This document shows, one piece after another, positions 36,462 through 47,026 of a stretch of 64,000 nucleotides of DNA (its first letter is position 1; each line of letters begins with the position of its first letter). The notes under the pieces were generated by a model. It did not search any database and was not told the origin of the DNA. It worked only from the letters and a program-made list of their open reading frames with translations. The position numbers were made by a program, and so were the translations under genes. Origin of the DNA: Acetatifactor sp. (GTDB taxonomy: Bacteria; Bacillota; Clostridia; Lachnospirales; Lachnospiraceae); contig JAZQEK010000097.1 in NCBI GenBank assembly GCA_045538995.1, positions 48,482 to 112,481 on the forward strand, in the 5' to 3' direction.

Positions 36462-39410
36462 ATGAAGAGCTCTGTAAAGAAAGTACTTATAACAATTGGT
36501 GTAGTAGCGGCGTTTGTAGTGGTTTGCATGTTGTTGAACCTGAAGCCGGCAGAAACATTTCATGAAAAATATGCAGGAGTAGATCTGGAACAGGATGTAG
36601 AGGGTGCAGTAAGAGAAGGTACCTATACCAGATATCTGAATGCCCATGAGGGAGCGAGCCGTCCTCAGACAGATGTGGAAGTAGCGCTGTTTGATTATAT
36701 TGAGGGTACTGATGTAGAGGTATATGAAAACTTCGAGGGAGAAGAGAAGGCTTTGTATACCGGTGTGGATTCGGTGGCTACCTGGGAAGTGAATATTCCG
36801 GAAGAAGGCTTCTATAATGTTTATCTGGAGTACATGACAGTGGCATCCAGAGGTGTTGCAATTGAGCGTTCCTTCTATATAAATGGCGAGCTGCCATTTG
36901 ATGATGCAGGTAATGTTTCCTTCACCAGAATGTGGGTGAATGGCGGCGAAGTAAGAGTGGATAATCAGGGCAATGAAATTCGTCCCACACAGATTGAAAC
37001 CTTTGGTTGGCAGAATTCCTACATTAAGGATGATATGGGTTACATCGTAGAGCCGTATCAGTTCTATTTTGAAAAAGGCAAGAACACCATCACCTTGGAA
37101 GGTGTAAATGAGCCTATGGTACTGAGAACATTGAAGCTCAGTGCAGTGAAAGATGCATATACATATAAAGATTATATAGCGGCACAGACAGGTAAGGCTG
37201 CAACAGGTGCCGGACTTACACACAAACAGGTTGTGCAGGGTGAGGATTCCACCATACGATCCGAATCCTCCTTATATGCGAAATATGATAAATCCTCACC
37301 TAATACACAACCTTACAGTGTGACCAATACGATTTTGAACTATGTGGGTGGTGACGCATGGAGAACTCCCGGACAGTGGGTAGAGTGGGAATTCGAAGTG
37401 CCGGAGGATGGTTATTACAATATCATGATTAAGGCAAAACAGAATTATGCCCGTGGTAGTGTATCCAGCCGAAGCGTGTATATCGATGGAGAAATTCCTT
37501 TTGATGAATTGAAAGAAATTGCTTTTGACTATAGAAATGATTGGAATTGTATGACTTTGGCAGATGCCAGTGGTGATGCATATGAGTTTTACCTGACAGA
37601 AGGTAAGCATACCATTCGCTTGGAAGCAACTCTGGGTGGTGCGGGTATCATTCTGGAAGAGTTGGAAGATTCCATTTATCGTTTGAACCAGATTTACAGA
37701 AGATTACTGGTTTATACCGGTGCAACTCCTGATAAATACAGAGATTACAATATTCAGCAGGTATATCCGGAAGTAATCGAAGCGATGGATTTGGAATCCA
37801 AGCGTCTGTTCAAGATTGTAGATGAAATGGTTGCCTACAGTGGACAGAAGGCGGATAAGATTGCTACGGCACAGACCTTGGCGCAGCAGCTGGAACGTTT
37901 TGTGAAGAAGCCGGAGAAGATTACGGTAGAATTCGTACCGTTTAAGGATAATATCACAGCTCTGGGTACTGCTACCCTGAACATGAGTGAAATCAAGCTG
38001 GATGTAGACTATATCGCTATTACCGGAACCGGTACTACAGCAGATAAGGACGAAGCAAGCTTCTTTGCTAAGGCATGGCATGAAATCAAGGCATTCGTTG
38101 CCAGCTTCTTCGTAGATTACGATGCAGTCGGTGATGTTTACGCAGATGGCGAGGACGTTGTTAAGGTTTGGATTTTAAGTGGTCGTGACCAAGGTACTAT
38201 TCTGAAGACCATGATTGACGATGGCTTTACACCGGATACCGGAGTAAAGGTCAATGTAGAAGTCGTGGCAGCAGATGCATTGATGAATGCGGTTATGGCA
38301 GGAAGAGGACCGGATGTGGTACTGACTGTTGGTGCAGATCAGCCTGTCAACTACGCACTTCGTGGTGCAGCAGAAGATATTACACAGTTTAAAGGCTGGG
38401 AAGAGGTTCTGGCAAATTATACACCAAGCTCCTATGAGCAGTATAGCCTGGATGGTGCTATATATGCGGTACCTGAAACACAGACCTTTAACGTAATGTT
38501 CTATAGAAAAGATGTTTTGGAAGAGTTGGAGCTGGAGGTTCCCCAGACATGGCAGGATATCATCGAGATGTTGCCTACCATTCAGGGTAACAACATGTCC
38601 ATCGGTATTCCTTCCGCAGCAGGTAGTAGTTCCAATGCGGCGGCAAGTACCGCTGTTGCATCCAATGCGGCAGACTTGTCCATGTACTTTACCTTGCTGT
38701 TCCAGTATGGTGGTGACCTGTATAATGAAAGGGGAACCAAAACAGTGGTAAATGAAGAGGCGGGAGTGGAAGCCTTTGATGATTATACCAGATACTTTAC
38801 GGACTATGGTATTCCGGTTTACTTTGACTTTGTCAGCCGTTTCCGTTCCGGTGAGATGCCGATTGGTATTGCAAACTATGCAACCTATAATACCTTGATG
38901 GTATCCGCACCTGAAATCAGAGGTCTGTGGGAGTTTACCTTAATTCCCGGTACCGAAAGAGTGGATGAAAGCGGAAATACCTATATTGATCGTTCAGATT
39001 TCATTACCGGTGCTGCAACCATGATGATTGCAAGCGATAATGAAGAAAAGAAGCAGAAAGCATGGGAATTCATGAAGTGGTGGGCTGATACCGATACTCA
39101 GGTTCGTTTCGGTAGAGAAATCGAAGCACTTCTTGGTTCCTCCGCAAGATATGCAACTGCAAATATCAATGCCTTCAGTCAGCTGGCATGGAGTGCTGAT
39201 GATATCGAAGTGCTGATGGAGCAGTGGCAGCAGACGGTTGGTATTCGTGAAGTACCCGGTGGTTACTATACCGGACGTCATATTACCAATGCGGCTCGTA
39301 AGGTTATCAATGACAAGGATGACCCGAGAGAAACCATTATCGACTACACGATTTTGATTAACGAAGAAATTATTAAGAAACGTACAGAGTTTGGTCTGCC
39401 GTTGGAATAG
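36462..39410 (+). CDS. Very large extracellular solute-binding protein (TM anchor, two CBM-like beta-sandwiches, sugar SBP domain)
   Basis: N-terminal TM, repeated WEVNIPEEGFYNV / WEFEVPEDGYYNI modules, and C-terminal SBP motifs (GPDV, YAVPETQ, FYRKDVLEEL, FRSGEMPI). TATAAT at 36402, GGAGG at 36451. Confidence 0.85.
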   Translation: MKSSVKKVLITIGVVAAFVVVCMLLNLKPAETFHEKYAGVDLEQDVEGAVREGTYTRYLNAHEGASRPQTDVEVALFDYIEGTDVEVYENFEGEEKALYTGVDSVATWEVNIPEEGFYNVYLEYMTVASRGVAIERSFYINGELPFDDAGNVSFTRMWVNGGEVRVDNQGNEIRPTQIETFGWQNSYIKDDMGYIVEPYQFYFEKGKNTITLEGVNEPMVLRTLKLSAVKDAYTYKDYIAAQTGKAATGAGLTHKQVVQGEDSTIRSESSLYAKYDKSSPNTQPYSVTNTILNYVGGDAWRTPGQWVEWEFEVPEDGYYNIMIKAKQNYARGSVSSRSVYIDGEIPFDELKEIAFDYRNDWNCMTLADASGDAYEFYLTEGKHTIRLEATLGGAGIILEELEDSIYRLNQIYRRLLVYTGATPDKYRDYNIQQVYPEVIEAMDLESKRLFKIVDEMVAYSGQKADKIATAQTLAQQLERFVKKPEKITVEFVPFKDNITALGTATLNMSEIKLDVDYIAITGTGTTADKDEASFFAKAWHEIKAFVASFFVDYDAVGDVYADGEDVVKVWILSGRDQGTILKTMIDDGFTPDTGVKVNVEVVAADALMNAVMAGRGPDVVLTVGADQPVNYALRGAAEDITQFKGWEEVLANYTPSSYEQYSLDGAIYAVPETQTFNVMFYRKDVLEELELEVPQTWQDIIEMLPTIQGNNMSIGIPSAAGSSSNAAASTAVASNAADLSMYFTLLFQYGGDLYNERGTKTVVNEEAGVEAFDDYTRYFTDYGIPVYFDFVSRFRSGEMPIGIANYATYNTLMVSAPEIRGLWEFTLIPGTERVDESGNTYIDRSDFITGAATMMIASDNEEKKQKAWEFMKWWADTDTQVRFGREIEALLGSSARYATANINAFSQLAWSADDIEVLMEQWQQTVGIREVPGGYYTGRHITNAARKVINDKDDPRETIIDYTILINEEIIKKRTEFGLPLE

Positions 39411-39424
39411 GAGGAAAGTAATAC

Positions 39425-40366
39425 ATGAAAGAATATATCCGCAAATATTTCATATTGCGCAGACACAATGCTCAGATTGCAATTAAGAAGGCAAAGAAAA
39501 GCAAAATGTGTTATGCATTTCTGGCTCCTTATGCCATACTGTTTTTCGTATTTAGTATATTGCCGGTAGTGACTTCCATATTTTTCAGTTTTACATACTA
39601 CAACATTATGGAGCCGCCCAGATTTATCGGACTGCAGAATTATATCAACTTAATTCTGCAGGATGATGTCTTCCTGACCGGTGTGAAAAATACTTTTATG
39701 ATTGCGATTATCACAGGTCCCTTGGGATATATCGCATCCTTCCTGTTCGCGTGGCTGATTAATGAGCTTCCGCGATGGGTCAGAGCGGTGGCGGTAGTTA
39801 TTTTCTACGCCCCCTCTATCGCAGGTAACTCCTTGTTGATTATTATTTCTGTATTCTTCCGAGGTGATGCATACGGATATGCAAATGGTTTCCTGCAAAG
39901 CTGGGGTATTATCAATGCTCCGCTTTTCTGGTTGACTGACCCCAAATATATGTTGCCGATTTGTATGCTGGTAATTTTGTGGATGAGTTTGGGTCAGGGC
40001 TTCCTTTCCTTCGTAGCAGGTCTGCAGGGTGTTGACCGTTCTCAGTACGAGGCGGGTATGATGGATGGTGTAAAGAACCGTTGGCAGGAGCTTTGGTACA
40101 TTACACTTCCCAACATGAAGCCTATGCTGATGTTCGGTGCGGTTATGGCGATTACACAGTCATTTAACGTATGTGATGTTACCAAGACCCTTTGCGGTTA
40201 TCCCAGTACCGACTATGCTGCACGTACCGTCGTAACTCATTTGTTTGACTATGGTTTCTCCAGATTTGAAATGGGTTATGCGGCTGCAATCGCAACGATG
40301 TTATTCTTGGTTATGATTTTATGTAATAAGGTAATTCAGAGCATGTTAAGAAGAGTAGGAACCTGA
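39425..40366 (+). CDS. Carbohydrate ABC transporter permease
   Basis: FIGLQNY, EAA-loop QYEAGMMDG, ITLP and FEMGYAAA. Confidence 0.9.
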   Translation: MKEYIRKYFILRRHNAQIAIKKAKKSKMCYAFLAPYAILFFVFSILPVVTSIFFSFTYYNIMEPPRFIGLQNYINLILQDDVFLTGVKNTFMIAIITGPLGYIASFLFAWLINELPRWVRAVAVVIFYAPSIAGNSLLIIISVFFRGDAYGYANGFLQSWGIINAPLFWLTDPKYMLPICMLVILWMSLGQGFLSFVAGLQGVDRSQYEAGMMDGVKNRWQELWYITLPNMKPMLMFGAVMAITQSFNVCDVTKTLCGYPSTDYAARTVVTHLFDYGFSRFEMGYAAAIATMLFLVMILCNKVIQSMLRRVGT

Positions 40367-40367
40367 T

Positions 40368-41267
40368 ATGAAGAAGCAGAAAAAACAAGAAAATGTAATG
40401 AAAAGAAGAAGATTCAAAATAAAGAGAAGACAGGCCAACCGTTCTATCTGGGGCGATATTTTCCTTTATCTGTTCTTGGCAGCAGTAGCGGTAGTAATGG
40501 TATTCCCTATTGTGTTTGCTATTAACAACGCATTGAAGCCCTTGGATGAATTGTTTATGTTCCCGCCGAAGGTATTTGCAAAGAACCCTACTACAGACAA
40601 CTTCGCAGACTTGTTTGTGACTATGGGTAAGAGTTGGGTTACCTTCCCCAGATATGTATTCAATACGGTATTTGTTACGGCAGTAGGTACAGCGGGTCAT
40701 TTGATTATAGCGTCTATGGCAGCTTTCGTACTGGCAAAGTATGATTTCCCCGGCGGAAAGCCCTTCTTTACCTTGGTAACAGTGGCATTGATGTTCAACG
40801 GTTATGTAACAGGTATTCCGAACTACCTGATTCACAATGCACTTGGCTGGATTGATACCTATTGGGCGATTATTATTCCTGCCTTTGCAGCACCTATCGG
40901 ACTGTTTTTGATGAAACAGTTTATGGAAGGCTTACCCATGTCATTGATAGAAGCGGCTAAGATAGATGGTGCCAATGAGTGGAAAATCTTTATGAGCATT
41001 GTTATGCCGAATGTAAAGCCGGCATGGTTGACGGTTATCATTTTCTCCGTACAGAACCTTTGGAACAACCCGCAGACTACCTACATTTACTCTGAAGAGA
41101 AAAAGATGCTGGTATATGCGTTGAGCCAGATACAGAGTGGTGGTATTGCCAGAACCGGTCAGTCCGCAGCGGTTACCGTAATCACTATGGCAGTACCGAT
41201 ACTTATCTTCGTCTTCTCAGAAAGCCAGATTTTGGAGACGATGGCAAGCTCCGGTTTGAAAGATTAA
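40368..41267 (+). CDS. Carbohydrate ABC transporter permease
   Basis: LDELFMFPP, LIEAAKIDGA and IVMP. Confidence 0.9.
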   Translation: MKKQKKQENVMKRRRFKIKRRQANRSIWGDIFLYLFLAAVAVVMVFPIVFAINNALKPLDELFMFPPKVFAKNPTTDNFADLFVTMGKSWVTFPRYVFNTVFVTAVGTAGHLIIASMAAFVLAKYDFPGGKPFFTLVTVALMFNGYVTGIPNYLIHNALGWIDTYWAIIIPAFAAPIGLFLMKQFMEGLPMSLIEAAKIDGANEWKIFMSIVMPNVKPAWLTVIIFSVQNLWNNPQTTYIYSEEKKMLVYALSQIQSGGIARTGQSAAVTVITMAVPILIFVFSESQILETMASSGLKD

Positions 41268-41285
41268 GGAACGGGGGATGCAGAT

Positions 41286-42791
41286 ATGAAAAAGACGATG
41301 AAAAGACTTATGGCATTGTTTGCCAGTGCAGTAGTATTGCTGGGTTCCTCCTTGGTAGTATGTGCAGAAGAGGGGTATACCTACAATTTCGATTATTGGG
41401 GAGATGTACAGTATTCTCCGGATGCTTATACCGTAGCGGGTGTATATACCATGGCTGACTTGGGCGGCGAGCAGCAGATGCTGAATCCGCAGGGTCTGTA
41501 TGTGTACAATGAGTTGATTTATATTTGTGATACCGGTAATAACCGTATTCTGGAAATTCAGCGTAAGGATGTTCAGGAAGTAGAACTGCTCCGTGTGATT
41601 GATAGCTTCGACGGAAACGGACAGACCGAAATAACTACCTTTTCCGGTCCTACAGATATTGCCAGAGATGTTGAGGGTAATTTCTATATTGCAGATAAAA
41701 ATAATGGTCGAATCCTGAAATTAGACAGTGAATTAAAATATGTGTCTGAGTTTACAAAACCTACGGATGCAACCTTTGACCAGGCACTGAATTTCCTGCC
41801 TTCCAAGATTACCATTGATACCGCAGGACGTGTGTACTGCGTGGCAACCAATGTAAACAAGGGCTTGATTAAGTTCGAGGCAGACGGTGAGTTTTCCGGT
41901 TTCGTAGGAGCTACAGAGGTTACCTACAAGTTCTGGGATTATCTGTGGAAGAGAATAGCAACCAGTGCACAGCGTGCCCAGATGGAAAACTTTGTACCGA
42001 CAGAATACGATAATCTGTATATGGATCATGAAGGCTTTATTTATGCATGTACCACCAATGTTTCCGAACCGGACTTGGATGCAGGTACAGCAAAACCCAT
42101 GCGTAGACTGAACATGATGGGTACCGATATCATGGTAAGAAACGGTAACTGGTACATCATCGGTGATATTCACTGGGGAGATGGCGGTGGTTATTCCGGA
42201 CCTTCCCTGATTACAGATATTACCGCTTTTGACAATGATGTTTTCGTAGGCTTGGATAAGGTGCGTGGCAGATTATTCGCTTATGATGATCAGGGTAGAA
42301 TGCTTTATGCATTCGGCGGTAACGGTAATGTGGATGGTTATTTCAAGCAACCGATTGGTCTGGACCATATGGGAAGAGATTTGTTGGTTTTGGATGCTCT
42401 GGATTGTAGCGTGACCATATTTACTCCTACCGAATTTGGTAATTTGATTTTCGATGCAATTGAACAGTTCCAGGATGGTTATTACGAAGAATCCGGTGCA
42501 AGCTGGCAGAAGGTAATGAACATGAATGGTAACTATGATTTGGCATATATCGGTATCGGACGTTCTTTGCTTCGTCAGGAGAAGTACGAGGAAGCACTGG
42601 AATATTTCGAACTGAAGTGGGATGCGGATAATTATTCCAAGGCATTTAAGCAGTATCGTAAGATTTGGGTAGAAGAACATATCGTACCAATTTTTATTGT
42701 AGTGTTCCTTGTTTTATGTTTGCCGCTGATTATCGGTAAGCTTAAGAAAATCAAGAACGAAATAGATACAGCAGATATTTTTAAAGTATAA
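41286..42791 (+). CDS. NHL-repeat (beta-propeller) protein with TPR-like segment and C-terminal TM anchor
   Basis: Signal peptide; PQGL..IYICDTGNNRI, PTDI..FYIADKNNGRI and PSKITID repeats; YDLAYIGIGRSL; C-terminal hydrophobic helix. Confidence 0.75.
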   Translation: MKKTMKRLMALFASAVVLLGSSLVVCAEEGYTYNFDYWGDVQYSPDAYTVAGVYTMADLGGEQQMLNPQGLYVYNELIYICDTGNNRILEIQRKDVQEVELLRVIDSFDGNGQTEITTFSGPTDIARDVEGNFYIADKNNGRILKLDSELKYVSEFTKPTDATFDQALNFLPSKITIDTAGRVYCVATNVNKGLIKFEADGEFSGFVGATEVTYKFWDYLWKRIATSAQRAQMENFVPTEYDNLYMDHEGFIYACTTNVSEPDLDAGTAKPMRRLNMMGTDIMVRNGNWYIIGDIHWGDGGGYSGPSLITDITAFDNDVFVGLDKVRGRLFAYDDQGRMLYAFGGNGNVDGYFKQPIGLDHMGRDLLVLDALDCSVTIFTPTEFGNLIFDAIEQFQDGYYEESGASWQKVMNMNGNYDLAYIGIGRSLLRQEKYEEALEYFELKWDADNYSKAFKQYRKIWVEEHIVPIFIVVFLVLCLPLIIGKLKKIKNEIDTADIFKV

Positions 42792-42810
42792 GTATTGAAC
42801 GGAGGCAGGC

Positions 42811-43467
42811 ATGTTAGCTTCATTAATTAAGAAAGAAAAGTTTAGTCAATATAAGAAATCCCTGAAGTTTGCATTTTATTGCTTAACACATCCCTTGGAT
42901 GGTTTCTGGGATTTGACTCATGAAAGACGAGGTACTATTGCGGCAGCAAATACCATATTGGTACTGACACTGCTTGCCAGAATACTTAAGCTTCAGTATA
43001 CCAGCTTTATGTTTAATGAGGTGTACTGGCCGGAGGTTAATATCGTAATGGAGCTTTCCAGTGTTCTGTTTCCTTTGGCACTGTGGTGTGTGGGGAACTG
43101 GGCGTTGACCACATTGTTTGATGGAAAAGGTCGTCTGGATCAGGTTTATATGGCAACCTGTTATTGCATGCTCCCTTACCCATTGATACAGTTCCCGCTC
43201 ATTATTCTGAGTAATGTGGTAACAGTAGAGGAAGGTGCGTTCTATGCTGTATTGAGTGTCATATCTCTTGTATGGGCGGTAGCACTGATTATTGCGGCAA
43301 TGATGCAGATTCATGAGTATTCCATGAGCAAAACAATACTCTTTACCGTGGCATCCATATTTGCCATGCTGGTAATGGTATTCCTTCTGCTTTTGTTCTT
43401 CAGTATGATCAGTCAGGGTATTTCATACTTTATTTCCTTGGGAAAGGAAATCCTCTTTAGGATGTAA
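42811..43467 (+). CDS. Yip1-domain membrane protein
   Basis: HPLDGFWDLTHE, LFDGKG and about five TM helices, typical of this cluster. Confidence 0.75.
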   Translation: MLASLIKKEKFSQYKKSLKFAFYCLTHPLDGFWDLTHERRGTIAAANTILVLTLLARILKLQYTSFMFNEVYWPEVNIVMELSSVLFPLALWCVGNWALTTLFDGKGRLDQVYMATCYCMLPYPLIQFPLIILSNVVTVEEGAFYAVLSVISLVWAVALIIAAMMQIHEYSMSKTILFTVASIFAMLVMVFLLLLFFSMISQGISYFISLGKEILFRM

Positions 43468-43487
43468 CGTTGGAAGGAGAATTGGTT

Positions 43488-46091
43488 ATGAAAAAGGATA
43501 AAGCAGTAAGAAAAGCAGAAATGAAAGCTGCTCTCATAAATGGCTTGAAGAGCTTAATCGGACCGGTTATCATTCTGGCGATTATTGTGGCAGTAATATT
43601 GGTGATTGTATTTTATAAAGAAGCCGAAGAGGAAAAGGAAATCGTAAAGGTAGAATCTTACGCCGGCGGTGAAGACACCTTAGTCATGGAAAATGACAGA
43701 TTGTTATTTGAAATGGATCCGACTACCACGCAGTTTACGGTAACGGATAAGGAAAGCGGAATGGTATGGTCCTCCAATCCCGAGGGGGCGGAAGATGACC
43801 CTATCGCTTTGAAAACAGAGAAGAATAAGCTCCGTTCTACCGTACTCCTTACCTATAGTACCATCAGTGGTGTAGATACATTGCAGAATAACTTCCAGTA
43901 CAGTATGGAAGAACAGATTTATGATATCGAGCAGGGTGCGGATTATATCAAAATCCATTATTCCATCGGTGATGTACAGAAGGAATATATGATTCCTCCG
44001 GTTATGACGGAAGAGAGAATGAATTCCTTCCTGGAAAAGATGAATAAAGAACAGTTAGTTATGATGACTAACTACTATAAGAAATATGACATTAACAAGT
44101 TAAGCAAAAAGGACAAAGAAATTAAGGATGAACTGTTAGAGAGATATCCGCTTTTTAAGGATAATGTAATCTATGCTCTTCGTGATACCGTAAATGACAG
44201 TGTTAGTAAGAAGTTGCAGGAATATTTTGAAGAAATTGGTTATACCTATGAGGAGTATCTGACAGACAAGGCGAATGACACCAGAGGCAAGGTTTCCAAT
44301 AAGCCGGTATTCAACATGAGTGTTGTATATCGCTTGGATGGGGATGATTTCGTAGTAGAAGTTCCTTACAATGAAATCGAGTATGCAAAGGATTATCCGG
44401 TATACTATTTGAGCATCCTGCCTTATTTTGGTGCTGGAACTGCCCAAGAGAACGGTTTCCTATTTGTTCCGGAAGGTGGCGGTGCATTAATTCACTTTAA
44501 CAATGGCAAGGTTAAGCAGAACAGCTATTATGCAAATGTATATGGCTGGGATATGGCCATTGACAGAGATGCTATCGTACATGAAACAGAAACCTATTAC
44601 AATGTATTTGGTCTGGCAAAGGAAGGTGCATCCTATATCTGCATCATGGAAGAAGGTGCTCCTTATGCAGCAATCCAAGCAGATATCAGTGGAAGAAGTC
44701 ATACCTATAATTACGTGAATTCCGTATACACCATAGCTCACAGAGAACAGTATGATGTATCAGAAACCACAACCGGTGATATGTATGTATATGAGCCGCA
44801 GCTTCCGCAGGATGAAAAGCTTGTACAGAGATATTGTTTCTTGGATTCAGATAGTTATGTGGATATGGCGAATGAGTATCATGATTATCTGACCGGTAAA
44901 TACGGACAGTATTTGACAAAGAACGATGACAGTGAAGCACCTGCAGCAGTAGAAATCGTAGGTGCAGTAGATAAAGTAAAGCAGATTTTGGGTGTTCCGG
45001 TTTCCAGACCTTTGGAGCTGACTACCTATAAGGAAGCAGAAGCCATTATCACAGACCTGCAGGGGGCAGGCATGAAGAACATGTCTGTGAAGATGACCGG
45101 TTGGATGAATGGCGGTGTTCAGCAGAAGATGTTGGATAAGGTAAAGCTGATTGGTGATTTGGGAAGCAAGAAGGATTTGAAAAATTTGACCACTACAGCA
45201 ACCAATCTGGGCATTCCGGTGTACTTTAACGGTATTACTGATTATGCAATGGATAGTGATCTTTTTGACGGCTTCTTCGTATACACCGATGCTGCTCGTT
45301 TCGTAAGTAAGGAAAAGGCTGAAATGTATCAGTACAGCACCACTACTTATGCAAAGAGAGAGGATTTGGATGTATTTTATTTATTAAAGGCACCGATTAT
45401 TCTGCAAATGGCTGAGAACCTGCAGAAGGCAGCTACAAGCTATGGCGGTAATGTGGCTTTTGAAAATATCGGTGATGATTTATCCGCAGATTATTACAGA
45501 AAAGATCCGTACAGCAGGCAGAAGGTAATGTTGAACCAAGCAGAGCTGTTGAAGAAAATGCAGGATGCAGGTACCGAAGTGATGATTAATGCTGGTAATG
45601 ATTATGCTATTCCTTATGCAGATATGGTTACCAACATGGATTTGTTTGGTGCAGAATATACCATTATTGATAAGAAGGTTCCTTTCTATCAGCTGGCATT
45701 ACACGGATATGTAAACTATACCGGTGAACCGCTGAATATGACACAGGATTATGAAGAGGAATTGTTGAAGTCGGCAGAGTATGGTGCAGGTTTGAGCTTT
45801 ACCTTTATGGACGAAACAGCCTTTACCCTTCAGAATACTCTGTATACTCAGTATTTTGGTTCTGATTATGCAGCAAGTAAGGATAAGATGCTGGAGATTT
45901 ATACCAGATATAATCAGGAATTGGGTCATGTATTTAATCAGAGAATGACCGGACATGAATTTGTAGCAAATGGTGTGACAGTGACCACCTATGAAGACGG
46001 TACCAAGGTTTATGTGAATTACACCTATGATGATGTGAAGGCTAAGGACGGTACCTTAGTAACTGCAAGAGATTATGTAGTAGTTCGATAA
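43488..46091 (+). CDS. DUF5696 family protein (membrane-anchored)
   Basis: N-terminal TM, LPYFGA, GFLFVPEGGGALI, GWMNGG, PFYQLALHGYVNY and EYGA..F.F motifs. Confidence 0.75.
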   Translation: MKKDKAVRKAEMKAALINGLKSLIGPVIILAIIVAVILVIVFYKEAEEEKEIVKVESYAGGEDTLVMENDRLLFEMDPTTTQFTVTDKESGMVWSSNPEGAEDDPIALKTEKNKLRSTVLLTYSTISGVDTLQNNFQYSMEEQIYDIEQGADYIKIHYSIGDVQKEYMIPPVMTEERMNSFLEKMNKEQLVMMTNYYKKYDINKLSKKDKEIKDELLERYPLFKDNVIYALRDTVNDSVSKKLQEYFEEIGYTYEEYLTDKANDTRGKVSNKPVFNMSVVYRLDGDDFVVEVPYNEIEYAKDYPVYYLSILPYFGAGTAQENGFLFVPEGGGALIHFNNGKVKQNSYYANVYGWDMAIDRDAIVHETETYYNVFGLAKEGASYICIMEEGAPYAAIQADISGRSHTYNYVNSVYTIAHREQYDVSETTTGDMYVYEPQLPQDEKLVQRYCFLDSDSYVDMANEYHDYLTGKYGQYLTKNDDSEAPAAVEIVGAVDKVKQILGVPVSRPLELTTYKEAEAIITDLQGAGMKNMSVKMTGWMNGGVQQKMLDKVKLIGDLGSKKDLKNLTTTATNLGIPVYFNGITDYAMDSDLFDGFFVYTDAARFVSKEKAEMYQYSTTTYAKREDLDVFYLLKAPIILQMAENLQKAATSYGGNVAFENIGDDLSADYYRKDPYSRQKVMLNQAELLKKMQDAGTEVMINAGNDYAIPYADMVTNMDLFGAEYTIIDKKVPFYQLALHGYVNYTGEPLNMTQDYEEELLKSAEYGAGLSFTFMDETAFTLQNTLYTQYFGSDYAASKDKMLEIYTRYNQELGHVFNQRMTGHEFVANGVTVTTYEDGTKVYVNYTYDDVKAKDGTLVTARDYVVVR

Positions 46092-46120
46092 ACAAATAAG
46101 GACTAGAAAGGATTTTGATT

Positions 46121-47026
46121 ATGAAGAAACAGAAGAATTTAGCGGGTCTTCAGAAAAGAAAAGCATTATCGGGATATATATTTATTTCTCCCTTTATCAT
46201 CGGCTTTTTAGTATTTATGATAAAACCGTTTTTTCAGTCATTGTACATGAGCTTTTGTACAGTAAATATTAGTGCAAAGGGATTTGAAAATATATTCAGC
46301 GGTCTGCAAAATTATATGACTGCTATCACTGTAGATATCGAGTTTACCAGACTGTTGACAGAAGAGCTTGGAAGAATGGTAATTAATTCTTTGGCAATTA
46401 TGGTTTTCAGCTTTTTCGTAGCCTTGATATTGAATCAGAAGTTTAAGGGTCGTGCTTTGGTAAGAGCCATTTTCTTCCTGCCGGTTATCCTTTCTTCCGG
46501 TGTTATTATCGGTGTAGAATACGATAACTCTTTGCTTGCCAGCATGCAGGATATGATTGAAAGCAATGGTACCGGCACCAGTATCACCGGCACCATTCAG
46601 GAAGTGTTGGTAACCTCCGGTGTAGGCTCGGATATTTTCAGGATAGTATTCGATGTAGTAGATGGTATTTATGATGTAGCGATAGCATCCGGTATTCAGA
46701 TTATTATTTTCCTGTCCGGTTTGCAGACGATTTCCTCCAGCATGTATGAAGCAGCAGCCATTGAAGGTTGTACCGCATGGGAAAGCCTCTGGAAGATTAC
46801 CTTCCCTATGATCAGCTCCCTGTTTTTAGTAAACTGGATTTATACTATCGTAGATTTCTGTATGAGAACAGACAATCAGGTAATGGAGAAAATTAGTGAG
46901 GAAATGATTGTTCAACTGGACTATGGATTTTCTGCAGCAATGTCCTGGATATACTTCGGAGTGGTTATTTTGATCATTGGAGTAAGCTCATTCCTTATTT
47001 CAAAGGGGGTATACTATTATGACTAA
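46121..47026 (+). CDS. Carbohydrate ABC transporter permease
   Basis: GYIFISPFIIGF, GLQNY and MYEAAAIEG...WKITFP. Confidence 0.9.
   Translation: MKKQKNLAGLQKRKALSGYIFISPFIIGFLVFMIKPFFQSLYMSFCTVNISAKGFENIFSGLQNYMTAITVDIEFTRLLTEELGRMVINSLAIMVFSFFVALILNQKFKGRALVRAIFFLPVILSSGVIIGVEYDNSLLASMQDMIESNGTGTSITGTIQEVLVTSGVGSDIFRIVFDVVDGIYDVAIASGIQIIIFLSGLQTISSSMYEAAAIEGCTAWESLWKITFPMISSLFLVNWIYTIVDFCMRTDNQVMEKISEEMIVQLDYGFSAAMSWIYFGVVILIIGVSSFLISKGVYYYD

Noticed and set aside
36396-37223. 275-aa minus-strand ORF, and similar antisense ORFs (e.g. 50491-51159, 19746-20384, 60551-61195, 9929-10444)
   Set aside because: These are shadows of real plus-strand genes, with atypical composition and no motifs.
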